A DNA stretch of 64,000 bases from Ideonella sp. (GTDB lineage Bacteria > Pseudomonadota > Gammaproteobacteria > Burkholderiales > Burkholderiaceae_C). A model generated the notes under the pieces. It was not told where the DNA came from. It did not search any database and saw only the letters and a program-made list of their open reading frames with translations. Both the position numbers and the translations under genes were made by a program. The stretch is from assembly GCA_016721465.1 (NCBI GenBank), contig JADKIA010000026.1, positions 7,846 through 71,845 on the forward strand, given 5' to 3'. Positions 29,660-39,072 of this stretch are shown one piece after another. Positions within the stretch are counted from its first letter, which is position 1; the number at the start of each line of letters is the position of its first letter.

Positions 29660-30639
29660 CCAACATGCTGCACTTGCCCACCCTTCGCATCGCCGCCATG
29701 GCCATCGGCCTGGCCGGACTCGTCACCGCCGCCAGCGCGCTCGACCTGCAGGGCCACCGCGGCGTGCGCGGCCTGCGGCCGGAGAACTCGCTGGCCTCGT
29801 TCCAGCACGCCATCGAGCTGGGCGTGACCACGCTCGAGCTCGACATCGCCATCACCCGCGACGGGGTGTTGGTGGTGCACCACGACCAGGCGCTCAACCC
29901 CAACCACACGCGCGATGCCAAGGGCCAGTGGCTGGACAAGGAAACAGCGCCCATTCATCAATTGAGTTATGCCGAGGTGCAGACCTACGACATCGGCCGC
30001 ATCAAGCCCGGCACCCGCTACGCCAAGGAGTTCGCGGACCAGCAGCCCATCGACGGCACGCGTGTGCCGCGCCTGGCCGATCTGTTCGAGATGGTCAAGC
30101 GCAGCGGCAACACCAGGATCCGTTTCGCCATCGAGACCAAGGTCAACGCCGAGCACCCCGAAGCCTCATTGCCACCCGAGCCCTTTGCCACGGCAGTGGT
30201 CAACGAGGTGCGCGCGGCCGGTATGGCCCAGCGCGTGCAGATCATGTCCTTCGACTGGCGCACGCTGCAGGTGGTGCAGCGCATCGCGCCCGAAATCCCC
30301 ACCGTCTACCTCACCGCGCAGCAGAACTGGATGGACAACATCGGCGCCAGGGGCGATGGCACCTCGGTGTGGACTGCAGGCTTCCAATACAGGGACCACG
30401 GCTCGGTGCCCAAGATGATCAAGGCCGCCGGCGGCGCCTACTGGTCGGTGTTCCACGGCGACATCGATGCCGCCAAGATCGCCGAGGCGCACACGCTGGG
30501 CCTGAAGGTGCTGGTGTGGACCGTGAACGACGCCCCACTGATGGGCCGCCTGATCGACATGGGCGCCGACGGCCTGATCACCGACCGCGCCGATGTGGCG
30601 CGCAGGCTGCTGGATTCGCGCGGCGTGAAGGTCGACTGA
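29656..30639 (+). CDS. Periplasmic glycerophosphodiester phosphodiesterase (GDPD family)
   Basis: ATGA overlap with the ATPase stop. Signal peptide MTNMLHLPTLRIAAMAIGLAGLVTAASA. GHRGVRGLRPENSLASF, LELDIAITRDGVLVVHHD and VWTVND. Confidence 0.85.
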
Positions 30640-30651
30640 AGCCGCGGCGAC

Positions 30652-31827
30652 TCACGCCGCCATCAGCCGCCACAACGAGGTGACCTCCGCCGCGCGCGCG
30701 GCATGCAGCGGGTCACTCGCATCGGCCACCTTGGGGTGCTGCGGCTGGGTATCGATGCGGCCGGCCACGCGCAGGCCGCCCTCGGCGATCCAGGCCAGCA
30801 GCTCCTCGCGCGAGCGCAGGCCCAGGTGCTCGGCCAGGTCGGACAGGATCAGCCAGCCTTCGCCTCCGGGCGCGAGGTGCGCGGCCAGCCCGCCGAGGTA
30901 GGCGCGCAGCATGCGGCTGTCCGGGTCGTAGACGGCGGCGTCCAGGCTCGAATGGGCGGGCGCTGGCACCCAGGGCGGGTTGCAGACCACGAGCCCGGCC
31001 TTGCCCTCAGGCCAAAGGTTGGCCTGGGTGAGGGTCACCGAGGGCATCAGTTTCAGCCGCGTGAGGTTGTCGCGTGCGCAGGCCAGGGCGCGCTCGTCGC
31101 TGTCGGTGGCCACCACCTTGAGCAGGCGGCGTGCGAGCACGGCCGCCAGCACGCCGGTGCCGGTGCCGATGTCGAATGCGCCGTCGCGGTGGGCGGAAGC
31201 CGGCAACGGGGCATTGGCCACCAGTTCCACATACTCGCCGCGCACCGGCGAGAACACGCCGGCATGCGGGTGGATGCGGCCGTGCAGCGCCGCCACCGGC
31301 ACGCCCTTCTTGCGCCACTCGTGCGCACCCACCAGGCCCAGCAGTTCGCGCAGCGAGCCCACGTAATGCTTGCTCGCGCGGCCATGCGCCTGCAGGCCGG
31401 CGGCGCGCACGTCGGGCGCGCGGCGCAGCGGCACGCTGTGGTCGGCATCGAAAGGCAGCAGCAACAGCCCCAGCAGCCGGGCGCGCTGGCCCTGGGCCTG
31501 GCGCTGGGCGAGGAAGGCCTCCTTCAGTGAAGACGCCGTGGACTTGTTCCCCGCGCCGGGCACGGGCTTGCCGGCCGATGATCGAGGCTGGCGCGCATCG
31601 AGCCGCCGGCCCAGGGCCTGCAGCAAGTGGCGCGCGTTCTGGTAGTCGCCCACCCAGAGCAGGCCCGTGCCCTCGCGCAGCCACTTCATCGCCTGGTCGG
31701 CCGACAGCTCGTCGCCCACCATCACCACATGCTCGGGCGGCGGATGGCCGGCCAGGGACCGCCAGCGCGCCGACTGCGCCTGGCCTTCGTCGTCGGACCA
31801 GTGGATGTGCGGCGCGGGATCCGTCAT
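30652..31827 (-). CDS. Class I SAM-dependent methyltransferase (NPPW motif) with N-terminal domain of unknown function
   Basis: FDIGTGTGVLAAVLA (motif I) and VVCNPPWVPA (N5-glutamine/N6-adenine-type motif IV). Confidence 0.75.
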   Translation of the reverse strand: MTDPAPHIHWSDDEGQAQSARWRSLAGHPPPEHVVMVGDELSADQAMKWLREGTGLLWVGDYQNARHLLQALGRRLDARQPRSSAGKPVPGAGNKSTASSLKEAFLAQRQAQGQRARLLGLLLLPFDADHSVPLRRAPDVRAAGLQAHGRASKHYVGSLRELLGLVGAHEWRKKGVPVAALHGRIHPHAGVFSPVRGEYVELVANAPLPASAHRDGAFDIGTGTGVLAAVLARRLLKVVATDSDERALACARDNLTRLKLMPSVTLTQANLWPEGKAGLVVCNPPWVPAPAHSSLDAAVYDPDSRMLRAYLGGLAAHLAPGGEGWLILSDLAEHLGLRSREELLAWIAEGGLRVAGRIDTQPQHPKVADASDPLHAARAAEVTSLWRLMAA

Positions 31828-31872
31828 GCCGGCATTGTCGCCCGCGGTGTCTCCCCCGAGCCGTGGATTGCT

Positions 31873-32478
31873 TCAGAACCGGCCTGTGGCCAATACGCGC
31901 TCGATCTGCGGCTTGCGATCGTTGCCCCAGAACGGCTCGCCGTCCACCACGAAAAAGGGCGCGCCGAACACCCCGGCGGCGATGGCCTGGTCGTTGGCGC
32001 GCTTGAGGCGGTCCTTCCAGACCGGGTCGTTCCAGGCGGCTTCGGCGGCGTCGGCGTCCAGCCCCGAATCGGCGGCCAGGGCCTTCAAGGCCAGCGGGTC
32101 GTTCAGCGCCACGCCGCGGGTGAAGTAGGCGCGGAAGGCACTGCGCGCCCAGTGGGCGGCATCGGTGGGGCTGCGGCTGTCGTGCAGCCACCAGAACACG
32201 CGGGCCGCGTTTTGTGTGCCGATGGGGAACGTCGCCGGCTGCTCGTAGGGCACGCCCTCGAAGCGCGCCGAGCGCGCAAAGTCGCGCAGGCTGTATTCGC
32301 GCTTGATGGGGTGGGCCACGGGGCTTTTCAGCTCGGCCGCCGCAAACGTGACCCCCAGCAGGATGGCGTGGCGCCGCACGGTGCGGCCATGGCGTGCGGC
32401 CAGCGCATCGACCCACTCGTTGGCGACGTAGGAATAGGGCGACGAAAAATCGAACCAGAAATCGATGGGCGGCTTCAT
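31873..32478 (-). CDS. 2-hydroxychromene-2-carboxylate isomerase family (DsbA-like) protein
   Basis: The N-terminus IDFWFDFSSPYSYV and C-terminal GVFGAPFFVVDGEPFWGNDR are typical of the HCCA isomerase/DsbA-like family. Confidence 0.8.
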   Translation of the reverse strand: MKPPIDFWFDFSSPYSYVANEWVDALAARHGRTVRRHAILLGVTFAAAELKSPVAHPIKREYSLRDFARSARFEGVPYEQPATFPIGTQNAARVFWWLHDSRSPTDAAHWARSAFRAYFTRGVALNDPLALKALAADSGLDADAAEAAWNDPVWKDRLKRANDQAIAAGVFGAPFFVVDGEPFWGNDRKPQIERVLATGRF

Positions 32479-32547
32479 GCGAGCACCCTATCCCCGCCCA
32501 TGAAGCAGGTCAATGCGGGAAGCTGCGGGCCACGGGACAATGACGAC

Positions 32548-33171
32548 ATGACTTGGCTCAATCTGGGGCTCGCCTTGACCGCCTTGCTGCTGGCGCTGGC
32601 GCTGCGCCCCTGGCGCGCGTTGACCGAGGCTGGCCCACCCTGGCCCTGGCTGGCCTGGTGGGCCAGCCTGCCGCTGCTGTGGGGTGCGGACCGCTACGCC
32701 GCCATGCCGATCGTGCAGCCGCTGTCGGGTGCCGCGCTGCTGGTGCTGCTGGCCGGTTGGCCGCTGGCCGTGCCGGCATTGGCGCTCACCGCGCTGATCA
32801 CCATGGCCGTGGGTGGCCTGGAGGCGGCCGAGGCGCTGCAACGCTTCGTGTGGCTGGGCGTGGCGCCGGCCACCTTGGCGGTGATCGGCGGCGCCGCCGT
32901 GCGGCGCTGGCTGCCGCAGCAGCTGTTCATCTACATCCTCGGGCGTGGTTTCTTCGTCACCATGCTGGCGGCGGCCGGCGCAGGCGCGGCATCACTGGCC
33001 ATCACCGGTGCGCCCTTGGGCAGCGACCCCGACGACGTGCTGCTGGCCCGCTGGCTGGCTGCGTCGGGCGAGGCCTTCCTCACCGGCATGCTGGTGGCCA
33101 TCTTCGTCGCCTTCAGGCCGCATTGGCTGGCCACCTACTCCGACCGCCTGTACCTGCGGCCCCTGGGCTGA
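32548..33171 (+). CDS. Hypothetical integral membrane protein (about 6 TM)
   Basis: ATG 32548, in frame in ORF 31627..33171. Continuous hydrophobic helices. No family recognised. Confidence 0.55.
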   Translation: MTWLNLGLALTALLLALALRPWRALTEAGPPWPWLAWWASLPLLWGADRYAAMPIVQPLSGAALLVLLAGWPLAVPALALTALITMAVGGLEAAEALQRFVWLGVAPATLAVIGGAAVRRWLPQQLFIYILGRGFFVTMLAAAGAGAASLAITGAPLGSDPDDVLLARWLAASGEAFLTGMLVAIFVAFRPHWLATYSDRLYLRPLG

Positions 33172-33302
33172 CCCTCCGGCCAGCAGCATCGCCAGAAACC
33201 AGGTCGCGGGGGCTGAAGTCCGGGCGCCTTGCGCCGATATCCTGGGTGCGACGCTCGCGTCGCCCACCGGGGAGCGTCCCCCCGTGGCAAACCGAGGCCG
33301 CC

Positions 33303-34202
33303 ATGACCGCCCTTGCCGACCCAACGCCTGCCGTCGTCCCGCCGCCCACGTCGAAGATCTGCGACGACCTGGACCAGGCGCGCCGCAAGGGCCCCTTGCA
33401 GCTCATCCGCGTGCCGCCCTGCCCCGAGGCGCTGGCCCGGTTGCAGGTGTTGATGCAGCAGCCCGAACCCGACCTCACCGCCATCGGCGCGATCGCCGAT
33501 GGCGACGTGGCCATGTCGGCCACCTTGATCCGCCGCGCCAACAGCCCGCTGTTCACGGCCGGCTCGCCGGTCACCAGCGTGGGCCAGGCCATGAACCGGC
33601 TCGGCCTGAACGAGACCGTACAGCTGATGACCGGCGTGCTGGTGCAGGGTGCCGTCTCGACCAGCAGCCGACACCTGAAACGCTTCTGGGAACTGTCCAC
33701 CCGTCGCGCGGCGGCCATGGGCTACATCGCCACCCAACTGCCCGGCATGGCGCCCGACCAGGCCCACATCTACGGCCTGTTCTGCCACGTGGGCATGCCG
33801 GTGATGATGCAGTGCGTGAAGGACTATGGCGGCACGATCGTCGAGGGCGAGGCGCGCATCGACCGCAGCTTCGTCGCCACCGAGAACATCAACCACAAGA
33901 CCGACCACGCAGTGGTCGGTGCTCTGGTGTGCCGCACCTGGCGCATGGCGCCGACCCTGGTGGCGGCCGTGCGACTGCACCACGACCTGCCCACGCTGGG
34001 CGACCGCGGCATCGAGCCCGAGGTGCAGACGCTGGTGGCCGCCGGCCTGATCGCCGAGCACCTGATGCGCCGCATCGAGTGCCTGCCCGCCGACCGCGAA
34101 TGGAAGGACCACTGCGGCGCCGCGATGCGGTGGCTGTCCATCGAGGCCACCGACCTGGAGGTGTGGGAGCCCGAGGTTCAGCGGGTGTTCGACAACCTCT
34201 GA
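33303..34202 (+). CDS. HDOD domain signalling protein
   Basis: ATG 33303, in frame in ORF 32553..34202. LIRRANSPLFT, VTSVGQAMNRLGLN, YGLFCHVGMPVM and DHAVVGALVCRTW fit the HDOD pattern. Confidence 0.7.
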   Translation: MTALADPTPAVVPPPTSKICDDLDQARRKGPLQLIRVPPCPEALARLQVLMQQPEPDLTAIGAIADGDVAMSATLIRRANSPLFTAGSPVTSVGQAMNRLGLNETVQLMTGVLVQGAVSTSSRHLKRFWELSTRRAAAMGYIATQLPGMAPDQAHIYGLFCHVGMPVMMQCVKDYGGTIVEGEARIDRSFVATENINHKTDHAVVGALVCRTWRMAPTLVAAVRLHHDLPTLGDRGIEPEVQTLVAAGLIAEHLMRRIECLPADREWKDHCGAAMRWLSIEATDLEVWEPEVQRVFDNL

Positions 34203-34223
34203 ACCGCCGCCCGCTGGTCGCGC

Positions 34224-35366
34224 TCAACCGAGCGCGCGCGCGATGAGGATCTTCTGCACCTCGGACGTGCCCTCGTAGATCTGGCACACGCGCACATCGC
34301 GGTAGATGCGCTCCACGGAGAAGTCGCTGACGTAGCCGTAGCCACCGAACACCTGGATGGCGCCCGAACACACGCGTTCGGCCATCTCACTGGCGTTGAG
34401 CTTGGCCATCGCGGCCTCTTTCAGGCAAGGACGGCCGGCGTCCTTCAGGCTCGCGGCGTGCCAGATGAGCTGGCGCGCGGCCTCGATCTGGGTGGCCATG
34501 TCGGCCAGCTTGAACTGCACCGCCTGGTGGTTGAAGATCGGCTGGCCGAACGCCGTGCGCTCCTTGCTGTAGGCCAGGGCCGCGTCGAAGGCCGCGCGTG
34601 CCATGCCCACGCATTGCGAGGCGATGCCGATGCGCCCGCCCTCCAGGCCGGACAGCGCGATCTTCAGGCCCTGGCCTTCCTCGCCCAGGCGATTGGCCAC
34701 CGGCACGCGGCACTGATCGAAGTTGATCTGCGCCGTGTCGCTGGCGTGCTGGCCCATCTTGTCCTCGATGCGCGAGACCTGGTAGCCCGGCGTGTTGGTG
34801 GGCACGACGAACGCGCTGATGCCCTTCTTGCCCGCGGCCTTGTCGGTGACCGCCATCACGATGGCCAGGTCGCCGTTCTTGCCGCTGGTGATGAACTGCT
34901 TGACGCCGTTGATCACGTAGTGCGCGCCGTCGCCGTCGTTGACCAGAACGGCCGTCGTGCGCAAGCCGTCGGCCTGCGAGCCCACGTGCGGCTCGGTCAG
35001 GCAGAAGGCGCCGAGCATGTCGCCGCGCGCCAGGGGTTTGAGGAAACGCTGCTTCTGCTCGTCGTTGGCAAAGGCCATCAGGATCGAGCACACCGGGCAG
35101 TTGTTGACGCTGACCACGGTGCTGGTGGCGCCATCGCCGGCAGCGATCTCCTCCAGGATCAGCGACAGGGACAGATAGTCCAGTCCCGCGCCATCCCACT
35201 CGGCGGGCACGGCCACCCCATAGCAGCCGAGCGCCGCCAGGCCGCGCAACTCGGCGGCGGGGAACTGATGCGTCTTGTCCCACTGCGCCGCCTTGGGCGC
35301 GATCTCGGCTTGCACGAACTGGCGCACGGCATCTTGAACCGCGAGGTGGTCTTCACTGAGCAGCAT
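34224..35366 (-). CDS. Short/branched-chain acyl-CoA dehydrogenase
   Basis: MLLSEDHLAVQDAVRQF, CLTEPHVGSQADGL, KQFITSG, a catalytic-Glu region YEGTSEVQKILIARAL. An alternative GTG start lies at 35402. Confidence 0.9.
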   Translation of the reverse strand: MLLSEDHLAVQDAVRQFVQAEIAPKAAQWDKTHQFPAAELRGLAALGCYGVAVPAEWDGAGLDYLSLSLILEEIAAGDGATSTVVSVNNCPVCSILMAFANDEQKQRFLKPLARGDMLGAFCLTEPHVGSQADGLRTTAVLVNDGDGAHYVINGVKQFITSGKNGDLAIVMAVTDKAAGKKGISAFVVPTNTPGYQVSRIEDKMGQHASDTAQINFDQCRVPVANRLGEEGQGLKIALSGLEGGRIGIASQCVGMARAAFDAALAYSKERTAFGQPIFNHQAVQFKLADMATQIEAARQLIWHAASLKDAGRPCLKEAAMAKLNASEMAERVCSGAIQVFGGYGYVSDFSVERIYRDVRVCQIYEGTSEVQKILIARALG

Positions 35367-35498
35367 GGCGGGTCGTCGTTTCGCTAGGGTTTGGCTCTCC
35401 ACGCCCCGCGTGAAGCAGCGCCCGAAAGTAGACCACAGGGCATGGACAGGCCAGCGCAGCTGCAGGCCGTGGCCCGTCGGGCCAGCGCAGACTGCGCC

Positions 35499-36071
35499 CT
35501 ACTTGGCCGCGAAGCAATAGAACAGCCCGGCACCGCCCGTGGTCTTCAGCGCTTCCTGGCCACAGGCGCGGCTGGTGTGCGACGAGTTCCAGGACAGCGC
35601 CCAGGCGTCGGTGACCAGGCCGCTGCGGTCGTGGTGGCCGGTCATGGCCATGCCATCCCCGCTCGAGGTCCAGGCGGCGCAGGTCATGTCCGGCGCGGGC
35701 GCGAAGGCGGTGCCATCCTCGCGCGAGCCGGTGAGGATGTCGTGCATGTTGGGCGTGTCGCCGCGCCCGTTGACCAGCCCACCCTTCTCGTTCAGCGCGG
35801 TGGCCTTGGTCAGGTTGTTCGCGCCGTGCAGTTGCAGCACGTCGCGCGCGATCAGCTCACCCTTGGCGTTGAACCACGGGCCGTTGCCGATGCGGTCACG
35901 CGCATGCACGGCCGGCGTCGTGCCGGCGGCGCTGGTGCTCAGGTAGGCGCGCCAAGTGCGGGCGCCCGCCCCCACCGCCGCGGCGAGCTTCTGGCAATGC
36001 GCATCCGCACCGGCCAAGCCGCCCAGGTTGGCGCCATTGCCCGGCCCGACGCTGGTGACGAAGAAGCCCAT
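35499..36071 (-). CDS. Endostatin/DUF1554-like (C-type-lectin-fold) domain protein; N-terminus lost in the G tract
   Basis: This is the C-terminal 190 aa of ORF 35499..36800. FVTSVGPGNGANLGGLAGADAHCQKLAAAVGAGARTWRAYLSTS, TCAAWTSS and a terminal LFYCF follow the Cys-spaced pattern I recall for collagen XVIII endostatin and bacterial DUF1554. High GC like the host. No signal peptide is recoverable. Confidence 0.5.
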   Translation of the reverse strand: MGFFVTSVGPGNGANLGGLAGADAHCQKLAAAVGAGARTWRAYLSTSAAGTTPAVHARDRIGNGPWFNAKGELIARDVLQLHGANNLTKATALNEKGGLVNGRGDTPNMHDILTGSREDGTAFAPAPDMTCAAWTSSGDGMAMTGHHDRSGLVTDAWALSWNSSHTSRACGQEALKTTGGAGLFYCFAAK

Positions 36072-36084
36072 CGGCCCGGTCGAC

Positions 36085-36450
<366 letters not shown>

Positions 36451-36479
36451 TCGACGGCTGATGCCGGCCGCGGAAAGAA

Positions 36480-36800
36480 CTCACCTGCGGGCGATGTGAA
36501 TGCCGGCGATATCAGCTCGAACAAGTCGCGCCTTCTCTGCCCCTTGAGTACCTGCCCTAGCAGGTTGCTTGTCTCGGTCAGTACCGTCGTAGTTGTAAGC
36601 AAGCGACCGAATTGAGCCGCGAAGTCAATCAGGAGGTTGGCGGCTTCGGTGTCGTACTTCTCCAACCGCTTCCCACCGATCAACGTCGAATCGAACTTTG
36701 CGATTAGCAGCAATAACAGAACATTGGTGTCCAACAGAACGCCTAAGTCCTTGTACTTGACCAGCAGTCGGTCAAGCTGGTCAGCCAGTCCGCCAATCAT
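36480..36800 (-). CDS. PIN-like domain protein, 3' end truncated or obscured by the G tract
   Basis: This is the N-terminal ~107 aa of ORF 35499..36800. LLDTNVLLLLL (first acidic PIN motif) sits at residues 22-32, with later acidic positions in TETSNLL and RRRDLFELI. GC is about 50%. The start overlaps the upstream stop as ATGA. Lower boundary uncertain. Confidence 0.5.
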
Positions 36801-37108
36801 TGGACCAGTCGCATGTCCATCTTCATGAACTCGCCGGTTTCAGCATCGATGTAGATGGTCTTGTACACACGATGCTCAACAAGGTCGTTCGGCCTTGCAA
36901 AGATGTTGTTCATCGCGCCGCCACCAGTAGCCACCGAAACTTGTCGGCTTCGCTGAAACCCCAACGTAACGGCCCAAGCCTTTTGCCCGCCTTCATCCGC
37001 CAGTTCGAGTTCCTCCAGAGCCAGATTTCGGAGTTGATCGTCCGAATAGAGCTGTTGGATCTCCTGTTTTGCCCTGGCAACGGCTTGCTGCGAACTCACT
37101 GTTGGCAT
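36797..37108 (-). CDS. Small hypothetical protein (103 aa), PepSY-like pattern
   Basis: GGAG SD 7 nt upstream of ATG 37108. An N-terminal helix is followed by LELADEGGQKAWAVTLGF ... HRVYKTIYIDAETGEFMKM, resembling the PepSY beta-sheet motif. No RHH/HTH/AbrB pattern. GC is about 50%. Confidence 0.55.
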   Translation of the reverse strand: MPTVSSQQAVARAKQEIQQLYSDDQLRNLALEELELADEGGQKAWAVTLGFQRSRQVSVATGGGAMNNIFARPNDLVEHRVYKTIYIDAETGEFMKMDMRLVQ

Positions 37109-37164
37109 TTGCTATCTCCATTGCGGCACGCGAGACGACTTCTTTGCAAATCGGCCCAGCGAGG

Positions 37165-38343
37165 CTACACCATCTCCAGCGCCAGCGCCGTGGCCTCGCC
37201 GCCGCCGATGCACAGCGAAGCCACGCCGCGCTTGGCGCCGCGCTTGCGCAGTGCGCCCAGCAGCGTGACCACGATGCGCGCACCCGAGGCGCCGATGGGG
37301 TGGCCCAGCGCACAGGCGCCGCCGTGCACGTTGACGATCTCGTGCGGCAGTTGGAAGTCGTGCATCGCCGCCATGGTGACGGCGGCAAAGGCCTCGTTCA
37401 CTTCCCACAGGTTCACGCTCTTGGCGTCCCAGCCGGCCTTGTGCAGCACCTTGCGGATGGCGCCGGCCGGCGCGGTGGCGAACCACTCGGGGGCCTGGGC
37501 GTGCACCGAGTGCGCGACGATGCGCGCGATCGGCGCCAAGCCCATGTCGCGCGCCGTGGACTCACGCACCAGCACCAGTGCGGCCGCGCCATCGGAGATG
37601 CTGGACGCATTCGCCGCCGTGATGGTGCCGTCCTTCTTGAAGGCCGGCTTGAGCGACGGGATCTTGTCGAGCTTGGCCTTGAACGGCTGCTCGTCGAACT
37701 TGATCAGCGTGTCCCCGCCCTTGCCGGGCAGTGCGACCGGTGCCATCTCCCAGTCGAAGCTGCCGTCCTCGTTGGCCTGCTTGGCGCGGGTGGTGGAGGT
37801 GATGGCGTAGTGGTCCTGCGCCTCGCGCGTGAAGCCGTACTTGGCCACGCACTGTTCAGCGAACACGCCCATGGCCTTGCCACGCTCGTAGGCGTCTTCC
37901 AGGCCATCGATGGCCATGTGGTCGAACAGCTGCGCGGCCCCGTACTTCACGCCCTTGCGCGCAAACATCAGGTGCGGGGCATTGGTCATGCTCTCCATGC
38001 CACCGGCCACCACCGCGCGCGCGCTGCCAGCCAGCAGCATGTCGTGCGCGAACATCATCGTGCGCATGCCCGAGCCGCACATCTTGCTCAGCGTGACGGC
38101 ACCGGCCGAATCGGGCAGGCCCGCGCGGCGCATGGCCTGGCGCGCCGGCGCCTGGCCCTGGCCGGCCATCAGGCAGTTGCCCATCAGCACCTCGTCGATC
38201 GCCTCACCGGGCACGCCGGCGCGCTCGACGGCCGCCTTGATGGCCACCGCGCCCAGCTCCCAGGCGGCGAGGGGCGAAAAATCGCCGAGCAGGCCGCCGA
38301 TCGGCGTGCGGGCAGCGGAAACGATGACGACAGATTCAGCCAT
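37165..38343 (-). CDS. Acetyl-CoA C-acyltransferase (thiolase)
   Basis: VIVSAARTPIGG, active-site Cys in LSKMCGSGMR, NVHGGACALGHPIGASG and CIGGGEATAL. Confidence 0.9.
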   Translation of the reverse strand: MAESVVIVSAARTPIGGLLGDFSPLAAWELGAVAIKAAVERAGVPGEAIDEVLMGNCLMAGQGQAPARQAMRRAGLPDSAGAVTLSKMCGSGMRTMMFAHDMLLAGSARAVVAGGMESMTNAPHLMFARKGVKYGAAQLFDHMAIDGLEDAYERGKAMGVFAEQCVAKYGFTREAQDHYAITSTTRAKQANEDGSFDWEMAPVALPGKGGDTLIKFDEQPFKAKLDKIPSLKPAFKKDGTITAANASSISDGAAALVLVRESTARDMGLAPIARIVAHSVHAQAPEWFATAPAGAIRKVLHKAGWDAKSVNLWEVNEAFAAVTMAAMHDFQLPHEIVNVHGGACALGHPIGASGARIVVTLLGALRKRGAKRGVASLCIGGGEATALALEMV

Positions 38344-38381
38344 GGGGCGCTCCTGTGGGGTGGGTTGAGGGGTGAACGAAC

Positions 38382-39050
38382 TCAGTCGAGATCCGCGTGG
38401 AGGTCACGCGGATAGCGTTTCAATGCAGCGGCAAACACCGGCACCACGGCCTCGGGGCGGTCCATGGTGACCTCCAGATTCTTGAGCAGCCCGTCGCGCA
38501 GGCCATAGACCCAGCCGTGCACGGCAATCCTCTGGCTGCGCGCCCAGGCGTCCTGCAGCACGGTGGACAGCGCCACGTTGCCCACCTGCTCGATGACGTT
38601 CATTTCACACAGGATGTCTTCCTGCTGCTCGGGGGGCAGGTGGTGCAGGCGCTTGCGGTGGCGCAGTCGCACGTCCTGCACATGGCGCAGCCAGTTGTCG
38701 GCCAGGCCGACCCGGGTGCCCCGCAGCGCCGCGCGCACGCCGGCGCAGCCGTAGTGGCCCACCACCATGATGTGCTCGACCTTCAGGTGCTCCACCGCGA
38801 ACTGGATGGTGGACAAGGCGTTGAGGTCGGAGTGCACCACCACATTGGCCACGTTGCGGTGCACGAACACCTCGCCGGGATCGAGCCCGGTGATCTCGTT
38901 GGCTGGCACGCGGCTGTCGGCGCAGCCGATCCACATGTAGCGCGGGCTCTGCTGCTGGGCCAGGCGCGTGAAGAAGCCCGGCTCGCGTGCCTCGGTTGCC
39001 TTGGCCCAGGCGCGGTTGTTGTCGAAGAGATCGTCAAGTTCCTGGTTCAT
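38382..39050 (-). CDS. can: Beta-class carbonic anhydrase
   Basis: Start ATG 39050 (18 codons trimmed). WIGCADSRVPANEI, HRNVANVV and VVGHYGCAGV. Confidence 0.85.
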   Translation of the reverse strand: MNQELDDLFDNNRAWAKATEAREPGFFTRLAQQQSPRYMWIGCADSRVPANEITGLDPGEVFVHRNVANVVVHSDLNALSTIQFAVEHLKVEHIMVVGHYGCAGVRAALRGTRVGLADNWLRHVQDVRLRHRKRLHHLPPEQQEDILCEMNVIEQVGNVALSTVLQDAWARSQRIAVHGWVYGLRDGLLKNLEVTMDRPEAVVPVFAAALKRYPRDLHADLD

Positions 39051-39072
39051 GGTCGGCCCTCGGATGCAGCGC

